DNA of 64,000 nucleotides, from contig CBDBDQ010000005.1 in the NCBI GenBank assembly GCA_965203905.1, positions 3,840,001-3,904,000 of the forward strand. The letters run 5' to 3'. The position numbers were made by a program, and so were the translations under genes. This stretch comes from Spirochaetia bacterium (GTDB lineage Bacteria; Spirochaetota; Spirochaetia; SZUA-6; Bin103). Of the stretch, positions 30,340 through 40,497 are shown in pieces; position 1 is the stretch's first letter, and the number at the start of each line of letters is the position of its first letter. The notes below the pieces were generated by a model. That model was given only the letters and a program-made list of their open reading frames with translations. It did not search any database and was not told the origin of the DNA.

Positions 30340-31311
30340 ATGTTGACGGAGATAAGCAGTCGCCGGAAAGGTTACTTGGCGCGATTGGTGCGCGAGAAAC
30401 CACTCGGTGCTGTCTGTGGCAGTGTGGTCCTGCTGTTCCTGCTGGTGGCGTTGTTTGCTGGCGTGCTCGCGCCGTACGGCATGAATGAGACGTGGGTGGG
30501 CGAGCGACTCGTCCGGCCCTCGGCACAATTCTGGTTCGGAACCGACAATCTCGGTCGCGATGTGTTATCGCGCGTCATATACGGCGCTCGGGTCTCGGTG
30601 ATCGTCGGCCTGGCCGCCTCCAGTCTCGGGACGGCGATCTCGTTGTTCATTGGTCTCGTTTCCGGCTACATCGGCGGCAACTTCGACATCGCCGTGCAGC
30701 GATTCGTCGATGCCGTGATGAGCCTGCCCGGCCTGGTGGTGATCATCATCCTGGTCACCGTCCTCGGGTCCGGGATGGTGCCGGTGATTCTGGCGTTGTC
30801 GATACCAGGCGGCATCGTCGGTTCCCGCATACTCAGAAGCGCTGTCATCGGCATCAAGGAGAACGTCTATCTGGACGCAGCGAGAGTCGTTGGCTGTTCC
30901 ACCTGGCGCATCATTCTGCGGCACGTACTGCCGAACATCATGGCGCCCACGATCATCCTGCTCAGTATCCGCATTCCGGGAATGATCATGGCGGAGGCCG
31001 GGCTGAGCTTTCTGGGTTTCGGTGTGCCGCCACCGTTCCCGAGTTGGGGAAGCATGATTGGCGGCGCTGGTCGCATCTACATGCTGGACGCGCCCTGGAT
31101 CGTGTTGTGGCCTGGTCTCGCCCTGGCGCTCGTGGTCTACAACTCGAACATCTTTGGTGACACGCTGAGAGACCTGCTCGATCCCCGGTTGCGCGGTGGC
31201 GCGGGGCGGTTCGATCTGAGGGCGAAGACCCAGGCCAGCAGCGACAGCAGCGGCAGTGCGGCAAAGACGATAGCCGTCAACGAAGACAACGTGCTCGAAG
31301 CCAGAGACTGA
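30340..31311 (+). CDS. ABC transporter permease (DppC-like)
   Basis: GTDNLGRD, EAGLSFLG, GDTLRDLLDP. Confidence 0.93.
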   Translation: MLTEISSRRKGYLARLVREKPLGAVCGSVVLLFLLVALFAGVLAPYGMNETWVGERLVRPSAQFWFGTDNLGRDVLSRVIYGARVSVIVGLAASSLGTAISLFIGLVSGYIGGNFDIAVQRFVDAVMSLPGLVVIIILVTVLGSGMVPVILALSIPGGIVGSRILRSAVIGIKENVYLDAARVVGCSTWRIILRHVLPNIMAPTIILLSIRIPGMIMAEAGLSFLGFGVPPPFPSWGSMIGGAGRIYMLDAPWIVLWPGLALALVVYNSNIFGDTLRDLLDPRLRGGAGRFDLRAKTQASSDSSGSAAKTIAVNEDNVLEARD

Positions 31312-31438
31312 AGCGGTCGAAGACTCAAGCTGAAGAACGGGCTCGACGCGAGTGGCGCCGACGACAGCCGCACGGTAATCCGCCGCACGACGAAGAAGGA
31401 TAGCTGCGCCCAGGTCACACTCGCCGGAGAGGGTAAGA

Positions 31439-32512
31439 ATGAGTAACAAACAGGCTGTGACGGTGTTGGGGCCCGTGGATGCCGACGCGCTGGGCGTGAC
31501 CCTCGCGCACGAGCACCTGCTGTTCGATCAGGCGCCTTACGTGACCCAGTACCTCGAGGGGTTCGCCGAGGCCGCCGTGGAGATGCGGCACCTTGGCATG
31601 CTGCGACGCAACGCCGGGCTGATTCCGGACAACGCCCGCGTCGACGACCCCGAGCTGGCGGCGCGAGAGGCAACGGAGTTCGCCCGCGCCGGTGGCGGGA
31701 CGATCGTCGAGGTGTCCTGCAACGGGCTCGCACGCGACCCGGCGGGACTGCGCCGCGTCGCCACTGCGACCGGCCTGAACATCATCACCTGCTGCGGATA
31801 CTACAAAGGCACGGGACATCCTCCCGACATGGCCGAACGGAGCGTGGAGGACGTGACCGCGGAGCTGGTGACCGAGCTGACGGGCGGCATCGGCGACACG
31901 GGCATTCGCGCCGGTCTCATCGGTGAGATTGGCACCGGCGGGCCGCTCTACGACGTGCCGCGGCAGGTGTGGGATCTCACCGACCAGCCAGACATGTGGC
32001 CTACCGAGGAGAAGGTGCTCCGTGCCGCCGGCCGCGCGCAGGGCGAGACCGGCGCTCCGGTCTCGGTGCACATCTACAACTACCGGCCGAACCGGCTGGC
32101 GCACCATGCGTTGGACGTACTGTCCGAGGAGGGCGCCAACCTGGAACGGGTGGCCATCTGCCACCTGGACACCCGGCCGGATATCGACTACGTGGCCTCG
32201 ATAGCCGACCGCGGCGCCTTCGTCGAGTTCGACACCTTTGGCATAGAGAACTACGCAGATCCCGGTATGACCCAGATGCCGCGCGACACCGACCGCATCC
32301 AGCTGGTGCTGGATACCATCGAGCGCGGCTATGTCGATCACATCCTGCTCTCGCACGACGTGTGCTGGAAGACGCTGCTGGTCGAGTACGGCGGGTGGGG
32401 GTACGCGCACCTGACGAAACACATCGAGCCGAGACTCCGCGACGCCGGCACGACCAACGGGCAGATCCGCGCGATGCGCGTGGACAATCCTGCTCGTTGG
32501 CTGGCGTTCTGA
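31439..32512 (+). CDS. Phosphotriesterase-related protein
   Basis: AHEHL, IGEIG, ICHLD, LLSHD, DNPARWL. Confidence 0.9.
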   Translation: MSNKQAVTVLGPVDADALGVTLAHEHLLFDQAPYVTQYLEGFAEAAVEMRHLGMLRRNAGLIPDNARVDDPELAAREATEFARAGGGTIVEVSCNGLARDPAGLRRVATATGLNIITCCGYYKGTGHPPDMAERSVEDVTAELVTELTGGIGDTGIRAGLIGEIGTGGPLYDVPRQVWDLTDQPDMWPTEEKVLRAAGRAQGETGAPVSVHIYNYRPNRLAHHALDVLSEEGANLERVAICHLDTRPDIDYVASIADRGAFVEFDTFGIENYADPGMTQMPRDTDRIQLVLDTIERGYVDHILLSHDVCWKTLLVEYGGWGYAHLTKHIEPRLRDAGTTNGQIRAMRVDNPARWLAF

Positions 32513-32592
32513 CGATGACCCGCGCCCAGCACCTCGAGGATACCCGCCGGCCGCTCGGCCGACGGGCGTCCTACTCGGTTCGTGGGCTGGGA

Positions 32593-34185
32593 CTACTCGT
32601 TGAGGTACACGTTGTGGACGGCCAGAATGGCGTTGAGCCCGAGCACCCCCTCGGGGTCCACCAGGACCGAGCGCTTGGCGCGAATGCGGAAGTGCCAGCC
32701 GACCGGGAGGAAGGCGGCCTTCTCGTAGATCAGGCGCTGAAACTGCTCGGCCAGTCCGAAGCGCCGGTCGAGATCGACCTCCTCAGCCATTTGCACCATC
32801 AACTCGTCGATCTCCGGGTCGCTGTAGGCAACCCCTTCGCCGGGCCACCGGCCGCCGACAACCGTTTGCCACAGAAGCGGATCCGGCTGCACGCCTTCGG
32901 TGACGAACAGCTCATAGGCAGTGGGGTCACGCCGCTTGGCTACCCAGGTGCCGAGATCGTAGGACTCGACCTTGATGTTCATCCCTGCCGCTTTGAGCTG
33001 CTCTGCCAGCGTGATGACGGCGCGCTTGATGGTCTCCTCGGGTGTGAGCAAGAGGAAGCGGATCGGCTCACCGTTGTAGCCTGCCGCCTGCAGGTGTTGC
33101 CGCGCTTTGGCCGGGTCGTCCTGGTTGTAGAACTCGGCGCCGGCTTCGCTGTAGTAGGCAGTACCTTGCGGCATGATGCTGGCGTAGAACGCCGAGAGCG
33201 CCGGATCGGCAACCTTGGAGCGGGCGACCGCTTCAGCATTCACCGCCGCCTGGACGGCACGGCGCATGTCCATATCGGCGAACATCTCGCCGCCGTTGTT
33301 GAAGAAGACCAGGCTGAATACCGGCGGGTCGATCTTGAGCGGATCCACGCCGGACTCATCCTGAAGCCGGGTAAACTCGGTGTCCGGCACCCGCTCGATG
33401 AGGTCATACTCGCCGGTCTCGAGACCGGCTACCCGGGTGGATGCCTCCGGCACGATCCAATAGATGGTCTCGTCGACGTACGCGGTCTTGCGCCCGGTCT
33501 GATAGTTGGGCGGATCGCTGCGCGCCACGTAGTCGTCGAAACGCTCCACGCGCAGGAAGTTGTCGGGCTGGTACTCGGCAAACATGTACGGACCGGTGCC
33601 GACCACCTCGCTCAGATTACCGCCCTCGGGCGACGCTTTGGCGATCGACTCCGGCATGACGATCGCCTTGGCTGAGTCGTACCCGAGGACGAACAGCAGG
33701 AACGTGCCGATCGGCTTCTCGAACTGAAGCTGCACGGTGTAAGCGTCCGGTGCCGTGATGGTGCTCAACGTCGACAGCTGACCCGACCGTGGTGATACAG
33801 CGAGCCACCGCTCCAGCGATGCCTTGACGTCCGCGGAGGTCATCTCCTGACCGTTGTGGAATCTTACGCCGCGGCGCAGCGTGAAGGTCCACGTGCGCGC
33901 ATCGTCCGAGACCGTATGGCCCTCGGCCAGCTCGGGCTGTGGGCTCATATCGGCGCCAAGCGCATAGAGTCCTTCGAACACGCTGGTCATCGCGTGCGGA
34001 ACCGGATGGGCGGTGCTCGACTGCCAGTCCAACGTCTGGATGCCCTGCCACAGGGCGATGTCCAGAACGCCTCCCATGCGCGGCCCCGTGTCCGCTACGG
34101 CCGTCTCGCCCTCTCCAGCCGCGGCAAACAGCATTGCCGGCACGAGCGCGACGATGGCGAGTGTGACCAACATCTTTCTCATCAT
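32593..34185 (-). CDS. ABC transporter family 5 substrate-binding protein
   Basis: Signal peptide, LRRGVRFHNG, VGTGPY; GGAGG RBS. Confidence 0.92.
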   Translation of the reverse strand: MMRKMLVTLAIVALVPAMLFAAAGEGETAVADTGPRMGGVLDIALWQGIQTLDWQSSTAHPVPHAMTSVFEGLYALGADMSPQPELAEGHTVSDDARTWTFTLRRGVRFHNGQEMTSADVKASLERWLAVSPRSGQLSTLSTITAPDAYTVQLQFEKPIGTFLLFVLGYDSAKAIVMPESIAKASPEGGNLSEVVGTGPYMFAEYQPDNFLRVERFDDYVARSDPPNYQTGRKTAYVDETIYWIVPEASTRVAGLETGEYDLIERVPDTEFTRLQDESGVDPLKIDPPVFSLVFFNNGGEMFADMDMRRAVQAAVNAEAVARSKVADPALSAFYASIMPQGTAYYSEAGAEFYNQDDPAKARQHLQAAGYNGEPIRFLLLTPEETIKRAVITLAEQLKAAGMNIKVESYDLGTWVAKRRDPTAYELFVTEGVQPDPLLWQTVVGGRWPGEGVAYSDPEIDELMVQMAEEVDLDRRFGLAEQFQRLIYEKAAFLPVGWHFRIRAKRSVLVDPEGVLGLNAILAVHNVYLNE

Positions 34186-34365
34186 GGCGAATCCCTGCTA
34201 CCTCCGTTCGTTGTCGTTAACTATCGAGGACTGGCATTGTACGGCAACGAGATCGGCAAGTCAATCGGCCGCACGCCCCACTTGCGTCCGCTCGCCCGAC
34301 CTGCGTCTACCGCTTGCGCGGCGTGCCCAGGCGTGCTCTCATAGCAACTCACAAACGCGGATCAC

Positions 34366-35313
34366 ATGTGGGCTTACATCGTTCGGAGACTGCTGGCGTT
34401 CATACCGACCATGTTTTTCGTGGTCACTTTGGTCTTCATCCTCACCCGGCTCATTCCGGGGGATCCTGCTGGCATAATCGCCGGTCACCAGCTGGCCACC
34501 GAAGAGCGCATCCAGAAGATTCGCAGCGAGCTCGGACTGGACAAGCCAATCGCCGTGCAATACTCGATCTGGCTTTCCCGGGCGGTGCGCGGCGACTTCG
34601 GTACCTCGATCTTCTTCAACCAACCGGTCAACGAGGTGGTGTTGTCGCGCCTGCCGGTCACCATGAGTCTGGCGTTCTTGTCGCTCGCGCTCGCTATCGC
34701 GCTGTCGGTGCCTCTCGGGATTCTCGCGGCCACGCGCCGCAATAGCACCGCCGACGCTGCCGCGATGGTGTTTTCGGTGCTCGGCATCTCGTTCCCGCCG
34801 TTCTGGTTGGGGTTCATCCTGATCCTCCTGTTCTCAGTTACGCTGCGCTGGCTGCCAACGTCGGGCTACCGCCCGTGGTCGATGGGCATCGATCAGTGGT
34901 TTCGCTACCTGATCCTGCCTTCCGTATCCCTGTGCCTGTCGCAGATTGCGTTGTTGACGCGCACCACGCGGGCCAGCATGTTGGAGGTCCTCAGCAAGGA
35001 GTACATCACCACGGCGCGGGCGAAGGGCTTGGGTGGCCTCCGGGTAATCTACGGCCATGCGTTGCAGAACGCGATGATCTCGGTGGTCACCGTGGCGGGC
35101 CTGGCCTTCGCGGTCATTCTCGGCGGCTCGATCATCATCGAGAGCGTGTTCGCCCTGCCCGGCGTCGGCAGGCTCGTAGTCAATGCTGCGCTGCGCCGTG
35201 ACTACCCGGTGATCCAGGGGTCGGTGACCTATCTGGTTGGCATCTCGTTGCTGGTCAACCTGCTCGTGGACCTATCGTATGCAGTGATCAATCCGCGCAT
35301 CACCTATGAGTAG
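34366..35313 (+). CDS. ABC transporter permease (DppB-like)
   Basis: IPGDP, YITTARAKGL, RDYPVIQG. Confidence 0.93.
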   Translation: MWAYIVRRLLAFIPTMFFVVTLVFILTRLIPGDPAGIIAGHQLATEERIQKIRSELGLDKPIAVQYSIWLSRAVRGDFGTSIFFNQPVNEVVLSRLPVTMSLAFLSLALAIALSVPLGILAATRRNSTADAAAMVFSVLGISFPPFWLGFILILLFSVTLRWLPTSGYRPWSMGIDQWFRYLILPSVSLCLSQIALLTRTTRASMLEVLSKEYITTARAKGLGGLRVIYGHALQNAMISVVTVAGLAFAVILGGSIIIESVFALPGVGRLVVNAALRRDYPVIQGSVTYLVGISLLVNLLVDLSYAVINPRITYE

Positions 35314-36211
35314 CGGTAGTACCCAAGCACCGCCCTCCTGGCGTCAGCGCTACGCGCAGTTTCGCACCACCGAGCGCTATCGCACGCTGCGCCGTTTCCT
35401 CACCAATCGGTTGTTCATCGTCGGCGTGGTGATGCTGGCCCCGCTGGTGTTCATGGCTGTGTTCGCGCAGAGTCTCGCGCCGTTCGATCCACTGCAGATA
35501 AACGTGGAGAACAACTTTCAGGCGCCCAATGCCAAGCACCTGCTCGGCACGGATGAGCTGGGACGCGACGTCTTGAGCCGCACGATGTTCGGCGCTCAGT
35601 TGTCGCTTCGGGTCGGTGCAGTGACAGCCGCGCTGACCTGTTTGCTCGGCCTCGCGTTCGGCTCGATCGCCGGCTACAACCGCAGCATCGACGTCGTGCT
35701 GATGCGCGTGATGGACGGTCTGATGGCGTTTCCGGGTATCCTGCTGGCCATCATCATTGTTGCCGCCATCGGTCCGGGCGAGCTCAACGTGGTGGTGGCG
35801 ATGACCATCATCTACACGCCACGCATCACACGGGTGGTGCGCAGCACGGTGCTCGAGGTCAAGGGGAACGATTACGTCGATGCAGCGCGCCTCGTAGGAC
35901 TGCGGGACATCAGCATCCTCGGCGGGCACATCTTGCCGAACAGTCTGGCTCCGTTGATCGTGCAAACCACGTTCGGTTTTGCCTGGGCGATTCTCGTGGA
36001 GGCGAGCCTGAGCTTCGTCGGCCTTGGGACGCCGCCGCCGGCGCCATCGTGGGGCAACATCATAAGCGCCGGGCGGCAGTTCATCCGTAACGCGCCGTGG
36101 CTGGTGGTCACGCCGGGTCTGGCGATTTCTGCCGCTGTGCTGGCACTGAACCTGATCGGTGACGGCCTGCGTGACATCCTCGATCCGCGACTGCGCAACG
36201 TTTCCGGCTAG
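35306..36211 (+). CDS. ABC transporter permease (DppC-like)
   Basis: GTDELGRD, EASLSFVG, GDGLRDILDP. Confidence 0.93.
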   Translation: MSSGSTQAPPSWRQRYAQFRTTERYRTLRRFLTNRLFIVGVVMLAPLVFMAVFAQSLAPFDPLQINVENNFQAPNAKHLLGTDELGRDVLSRTMFGAQLSLRVGAVTAALTCLLGLAFGSIAGYNRSIDVVLMRVMDGLMAFPGILLAIIIVAAIGPGELNVVVAMTIIYTPRITRVVRSTVLEVKGNDYVDAARLVGLRDISILGGHILPNSLAPLIVQTTFGFAWAILVEASLSFVGLGTPPPAPSWGNIISAGRQFIRNAPWLVVTPGLAISAAVLALNLIGDGLRDILDPRLRNVSG

Positions 36212-36222
36212 AGGTGAAGGAC

Positions 36223-36739
36223 ATGCGATTCGGGTCGACTACTGGTTCCACGAGCACAGCGGACCCGATCTCACCAACGACCGTCACCCACCGTTGGTCA
36301 CCCGCCGCGGGTACGGCTCGGGCGCTGTCTACTACCTCGCTGCGCCGCTCGGGCGGAATTCTACCTGCGCCAGGATCCATCGATTGGCCAGCTGTTGCGC
36401 AACATCGTTGCCCACTGCACACCGGCAGTCGTGCGTACGCGGGCGGGAGTGGGTCTGGAGATCGCCGTTACCACCCATTCGGAACCGCGGCGAGTACTGG
36501 TCCACCTGGTCAATCACTACACCGACAGGTGCGAGGCATTCCTCGCCGCGCGCAAAGCGCGAGACGTCGATCTGTCCATCGACGCTGCCGGGATCGGCAC
36601 CGCCCTCGGCGGCGAGCCCGACAGAGCCCAGCTCGTTCCCGACCAACGGCAGGTGCCACTTAAGGTGCGAGACGGTCGCGTGGAGTTGACGGTCGATCAG
36701 ATCGAGATTAGCGCCGTTGTGGCGCTGGAGCGCTCGTGA
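36223..36739 (+). pseudogene. Collapsed glycosidase-like gene (beta-galactosidase trimerisation-type C-terminus)
   Basis: RBS and ATG (MRF), then out-of-frame GYGSGAVYYLA, frameshift, LLRNIV...RRVLVHLVN; stop overlaps next gene. Confidence 0.55.
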
Positions 36740-37785
36740 GCGAAGCGAGCGCCGGCGAACCCGGACTGCGCGGCGGAGCCACCGTGGACGCAGTAGCGAG
36801 CAAGCCACTGCTCGAGGTCCGAGATCTTCGTACCTCGTTCTTCACCGACCAGGGTGCGGTACGAGCCGTGGACGGAGTCAGCTTCGAGGTCGATCGGGGC
36901 GAGGTCCTCGGCCTGGTAGGTGAATCAGGCTGCGGCAAGAGCGTCACGGCCATGTCGATCATGCGATTGGTAGCGCATCCCGGTCGCGTCGTCGGCGGTG
37001 AGATCATCTTCAACGGTCGTAACCTACTCGATCTCTCGGAGGGCCAGATGCGCAAGGTGCGCGGCAACGACATCAGCATGGTGTTCCAGGAGCCCATGAC
37101 CAGTCTCAACCCCGTACACAGGATCGGACGCCAGGTTGGCGAGATGTTGTCCATCCATCGACCGGACCTCAACCGCAAACAACGGGAGCAGACCATCCTG
37201 CAGTGGCTGCGCGAGGTGTCCATCCCGTCGCCTGATCAGCGGGTGCACAACTTTCCCCATCAGCTCTCGGGCGGCATGCGGCAGCGGGCGATGATTGCCA
37301 TGGCGCTGGCGTCCGGCAAATGTCAGCTGCTCATCGCAGATGAGCCGACCACCGCGCTGGATGTCACTATCCAGGCGCAGATCCTCGATCTGATCAAACG
37401 GCTGCAGCACGAGATCGGCATGTCGGTGATCCTGGTTACCCATGACCTGGGCGTCATCGCCGAAACGGTGGATCGGGTGGCGGTGATGTACGCCGGCAGC
37501 ATTGTCGAGTACGCGGATGTGAAGACGCTGTTTCGCCAGCCCCTCCATCCCTACACCCACGGCTTGCTCGACTCGATGCCGCAGCAAGGCAAGCAGAAGC
37601 GGAAGCAGACCCTGTACTCGATACCGGGGGTGGTACCCAATCCCCTGGAGCTGGCGCCCGGCTGCAAGTTCGCCAACCGTTGCCAGTATGCGGAGCAGAG
37701 CTTGTGCCTGGGGACGGAGCCACCGTTGCAGCAGCTCGCGCCCGGTCACTGGGTCCGCTGCGCCCGCGTGGATGACATATGGTAG
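36736..37785 (+). CDS. Oligopeptide/dipeptide ABC ATPase (OppD/DppD-like)
   Basis: [27 protein letters not shown]-terminal Cys cluster. Confidence 0.95.
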   Translation: MSEASAGEPGLRGGATVDAVASKPLLEVRDLRTSFFTDQGAVRAVDGVSFEVDRGEVLGLVGESGCGKSVTAMSIMRLVAHPGRVVGGEIIFNGRNLLDLSEGQMRKVRGNDISMVFQEPMTSLNPVHRIGRQVGEMLSIHRPDLNRKQREQTILQWLREVSIPSPDQRVHNFPHQLSGGMRQRAMIAMALASGKCQLLIADEPTTALDVTIQAQILDLIKRLQHEIGMSVILVTHDLGVIAETVDRVAVMYAGSIVEYADVKTLFRQPLHPYTHGLLDSMPQQGKQKRKQTLYSIPGVVPNPLELAPGCKFANRCQYAEQSLCLGTEPPLQQLAPGHWVRCARVDDIW

Positions 37786-38792
37786 GTTCCGAGCCAATCC
37801 ACGAGGCGCCGGCCGCTACCGGGCACAATGATGTGCTGCTTTCGCTGCAAGAGCTGCGCAAGTTCTTTCCGGTCAAGCGTGGCGTCTTCAGCCGTACCAT
37901 CGGCCATGTGCGCGCAGTGGACGGAGTGAGCTTCGACGTTGCGCGGGGACAGACACTCGGTTTGGTGGGCGAGTCGGGTTGCGGCAAGACGACGACAGCG
38001 CGGGTCATTCTGCGTCTCGAGGACGCCGACAGCGGCAGCGTCTGGTTCAACGGCGACGACATCCTCAGCTACGAGGGCGCCCAGCTGCGGGCGCTGCGTA
38101 GGGAGATCCAGGCAATATTCCAGGACCCCTACTCCTCGCTGAATCCGCGCAAGACTGTCTGGGACATCGTCAGTGAGCCGGTGCGGGTACATCGCGTCTG
38201 TGCTCCAAACGAAATGCGCGATCGAGTGATACAGACGCTGGAAAAGGTCGGGCTGCGGGCAGACCATATGCGCCGCTATCCCCACGAATTCTCCGGCGGT
38301 CAACGCCAGCGCATCGGCATCGCCCGGGCGCTGAGCGTCAGCCCACAGCTCATCGTGTGCGACGAACCGGTTTCCGCGCTCGACGTTTCTATCCGCTCTC
38401 AGATTCTCAATATCTTGATCGAGTTGCAGCGCGAGTTAGGACTCGCCTTCATCTTCATCGCCCATGACCTTTCAGTGGTGGAGCACATCAGCGACACCGT
38501 CGCGGTGATGTACCTCGGCAAGGTCGTGGAAATGGCCCCTGCCGACGAATTCTACAGACGGCCGCTGCACCCCTACAGTGAAGCGCTCCTGTCGGCGACA
38601 CCCGTACCGAATCCGGAGGCGAAGAGCCGGCGCATCATTCTCTCCGGCGATGTCCCGAGCCCGATTGCCCCTCCCAGCGGATGCCACTTCCGGACCCGCT
38701 GCCCCCTTGCAGACGAGCGCTGCGCCCGCGAAGAACCGCGGCTCAAACGCTCCGGCCCCACGCATCTCGTCGCCTGCCACTATCGTGGCTAG
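37779..38792 (+). CDS. Oligopeptide/dipeptide ABC ATPase (OppF/DppF-like)
   Basis: GESGCGKT, FSGGQRQR, CDEPVSALD, VACH. Confidence 0.95.
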   Translation: MVGSEPIHEAPAATGHNDVLLSLQELRKFFPVKRGVFSRTIGHVRAVDGVSFDVARGQTLGLVGESGCGKTTTARVILRLEDADSGSVWFNGDDILSYEGAQLRALRREIQAIFQDPYSSLNPRKTVWDIVSEPVRVHRVCAPNEMRDRVIQTLEKVGLRADHMRRYPHEFSGGQRQRIGIARALSVSPQLIVCDEPVSALDVSIRSQILNILIELQRELGLAFIFIAHDLSVVEHISDTVAVMYLGKVVEMAPADEFYRRPLHPYSEALLSATPVPNPEAKSRRIILSGDVPSPIAPPSGCHFRTRCPLADERCAREEPRLKRSGPTHLVACHYRG

Positions 38793-38853
38793 CATGGCGC
38801 TGCTATGATGAGGGTGCCAGATCAACATCTGGACATCATCAGGGAGGTGCATC

Positions 38854-39235
38854 TTGCACGACAGCCTATTGTTGGACGATCTGATCAAGAGCGTCCTGCA
38901 GGAGATCGGAGAGTTCGGTCTTGGTTCTGCAACCTTCGCCCATTATCGAAGAGCGTATGGCAGACTCCGGAAGTTCGCAGCACAGAGAGAATCCGGTTTC
39001 TATTCCGACAGACTGATCGATAGTTTTTTAGTGACATCGAGAAGAAGTACGAGACAGACGCATTCGGTCGTGCCCGGCGAGACCATCTCAGACGAGCTTC
39101 TTTGCTGTTGCGTGAGTATGCCGAGACGCAATCACAAGCTGGAAGCCGTATACGTTCCATGTCCATCCGATGCCGGCATCGGAAGAATTCCTGAGACTGT
39201 ACGAGAGCTTCATTGACAATCTTCGAGCCATTGGG
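38854..39235 (+). pseudogene. Integrase-like N-terminal remnant, frameshifted
   Basis: GGAGG RBS; LGSATFAHYRRAYGRL...YSDRLIDSF, frameshift, RRASLLLREY, then LYESFIDNL; AT-richer. Confidence 0.5.
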
Positions 39236-39307
39236 AGGCAGATTCCGGGCAGGGTCTGGTCCGATCCTCCGCTACGCTCCCCCCAAATCCGTGTGGGAGG
39301 GAGTTGC

Positions 39308-39511
39308 ATGGCACGTAGCAGGGTTCGCGTGGACAAGATCAAAGAGGTCATCCGCTACGGGGTGACCACCGAGCTCAGTGAGCGAGCGATTGGGCGAGCG
39401 CTGAAGGTCTCGCGCACCGCGGTGACCAAGTACCTGGAGTGGTTCCGCCGCGGCGGACTGACCTGGGAGCAGGCGCAGGAGCTGCCTGACAGCGAGCTGG
39501 TGACCGGCTGA
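39308..39511 (+). mobile_element. IS21-family transposase (IstA) N-terminal HTH fragment
   Basis: KIKEVIRY...LSERAIGRALKVSRTAVTKYL...GLTW...LPDSEL; truncated. Confidence 0.75.
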
Positions 39512-40030
39512 GGGGCCGGTACACGGCGTTGAGGGCAGCCAGTTGCGCGTCGCTGTCGTAGCGCAGGTAGCCGACCGCGCGCCGCACCACGTGGCCGTTT
39601 TTCTGCTCCACGAAGCAGGTGTCGTTCTTGCGATACGGGCGCCCGCGAGTGAAAGTGATGCCGTGATTCTCGCAGTAGCGCACCAGATGATGATTGATGA
39701 ATTCGCCGCCGTTGTCGCTGTCGATGCCTTGCATGGCGATCGGCAGGCTGAGACGGGCAGCGTCGATAGCCTCATGGGTCCAGCGTTGTGCCTTGTTCTT
39801 GAGCCCGTGCAGGTCGACCCAGCCGGTGTCAACGTCGGTGATGGTGAGGGTGTGGCAGAAGTCGCCTGAGACATCGCCGCCGTCATGGCCCACCAGGTCG
39901 ATCTCGAAGAAGCCCGGCTCCTGCTCGGTCCAGTCAGCAAAGGTACGGATCGGGACCTGGTGCTTGAGGTGGCTACCCGGCTTGGTGTGGGTGCGGCCCT
40001 TCAGGCGCAGCCGCGCGCGCTTGACACGGA
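39510..40030 (-). mobile_element. DDE integrase-core transposase fragment (ISNCY/IS481-like)
   Basis: TKPGSHLKHQVPIRT, PGFFEIDLVGH, IDSDNGGEF, RPYRKND..VEQKN; both ends missing. Confidence 0.8.
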
Positions 40031-40497
40031 TTTGGGCCGGCCTCTACACTCGTCCGCGAATGGGCACTGACACCATCCAGCCCGACTACCGACTACCGAC
40101 TAGCCGCGCAGCAGCCGACCTCGCGGCGCCGGTGCTGACCGCGGCACCATTGATGCGTGTGGCGCACAGCCGCCACGCATCTGTGCGTCCAACGGCCGAC
40201 GAAGTCGGCTGCAAACTTCACCCGTCGACGCCCGCCGGCGTTGCAGGCACCTCTATTAGACAGACAATGGGCCCATCGGTGGCCGACCAGGGAGGTGCAA
40301 ATTGATACTCAGAGAGCCGCACGCGCGCGCGGCGTGAGCCCGGCTAAATCCGGCGAGTCACACGCCGCGCGCGCCAAGAAATTGACTCAGACTGGCCGTC
40401 CGCGTTGCGGGCGCGCCCGCGTTGCGGTGCGTCAAAGTAGCCAGGGAGCGGCAATCCGCTCCGCAATACTCTCGAAAAATCCACAACGGAGGAACGT

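Noticed and set aside
31969-33675. 568-aa ORF spanning the phosphotriesterase and SBP genes
   Set aside because: Off-frame plus antisense overlap of two well-supported genes
40082-40102. CCGACTA x3 tandem repeat
   Set aside because: Too short, no spacers, no evident function; not CRISPR
40337-40360. CCGGCTAAA resemblance to a c-di-GMP-I riboswitch
   Set aside because: The remaining conserved riboswitch elements are not recognisable
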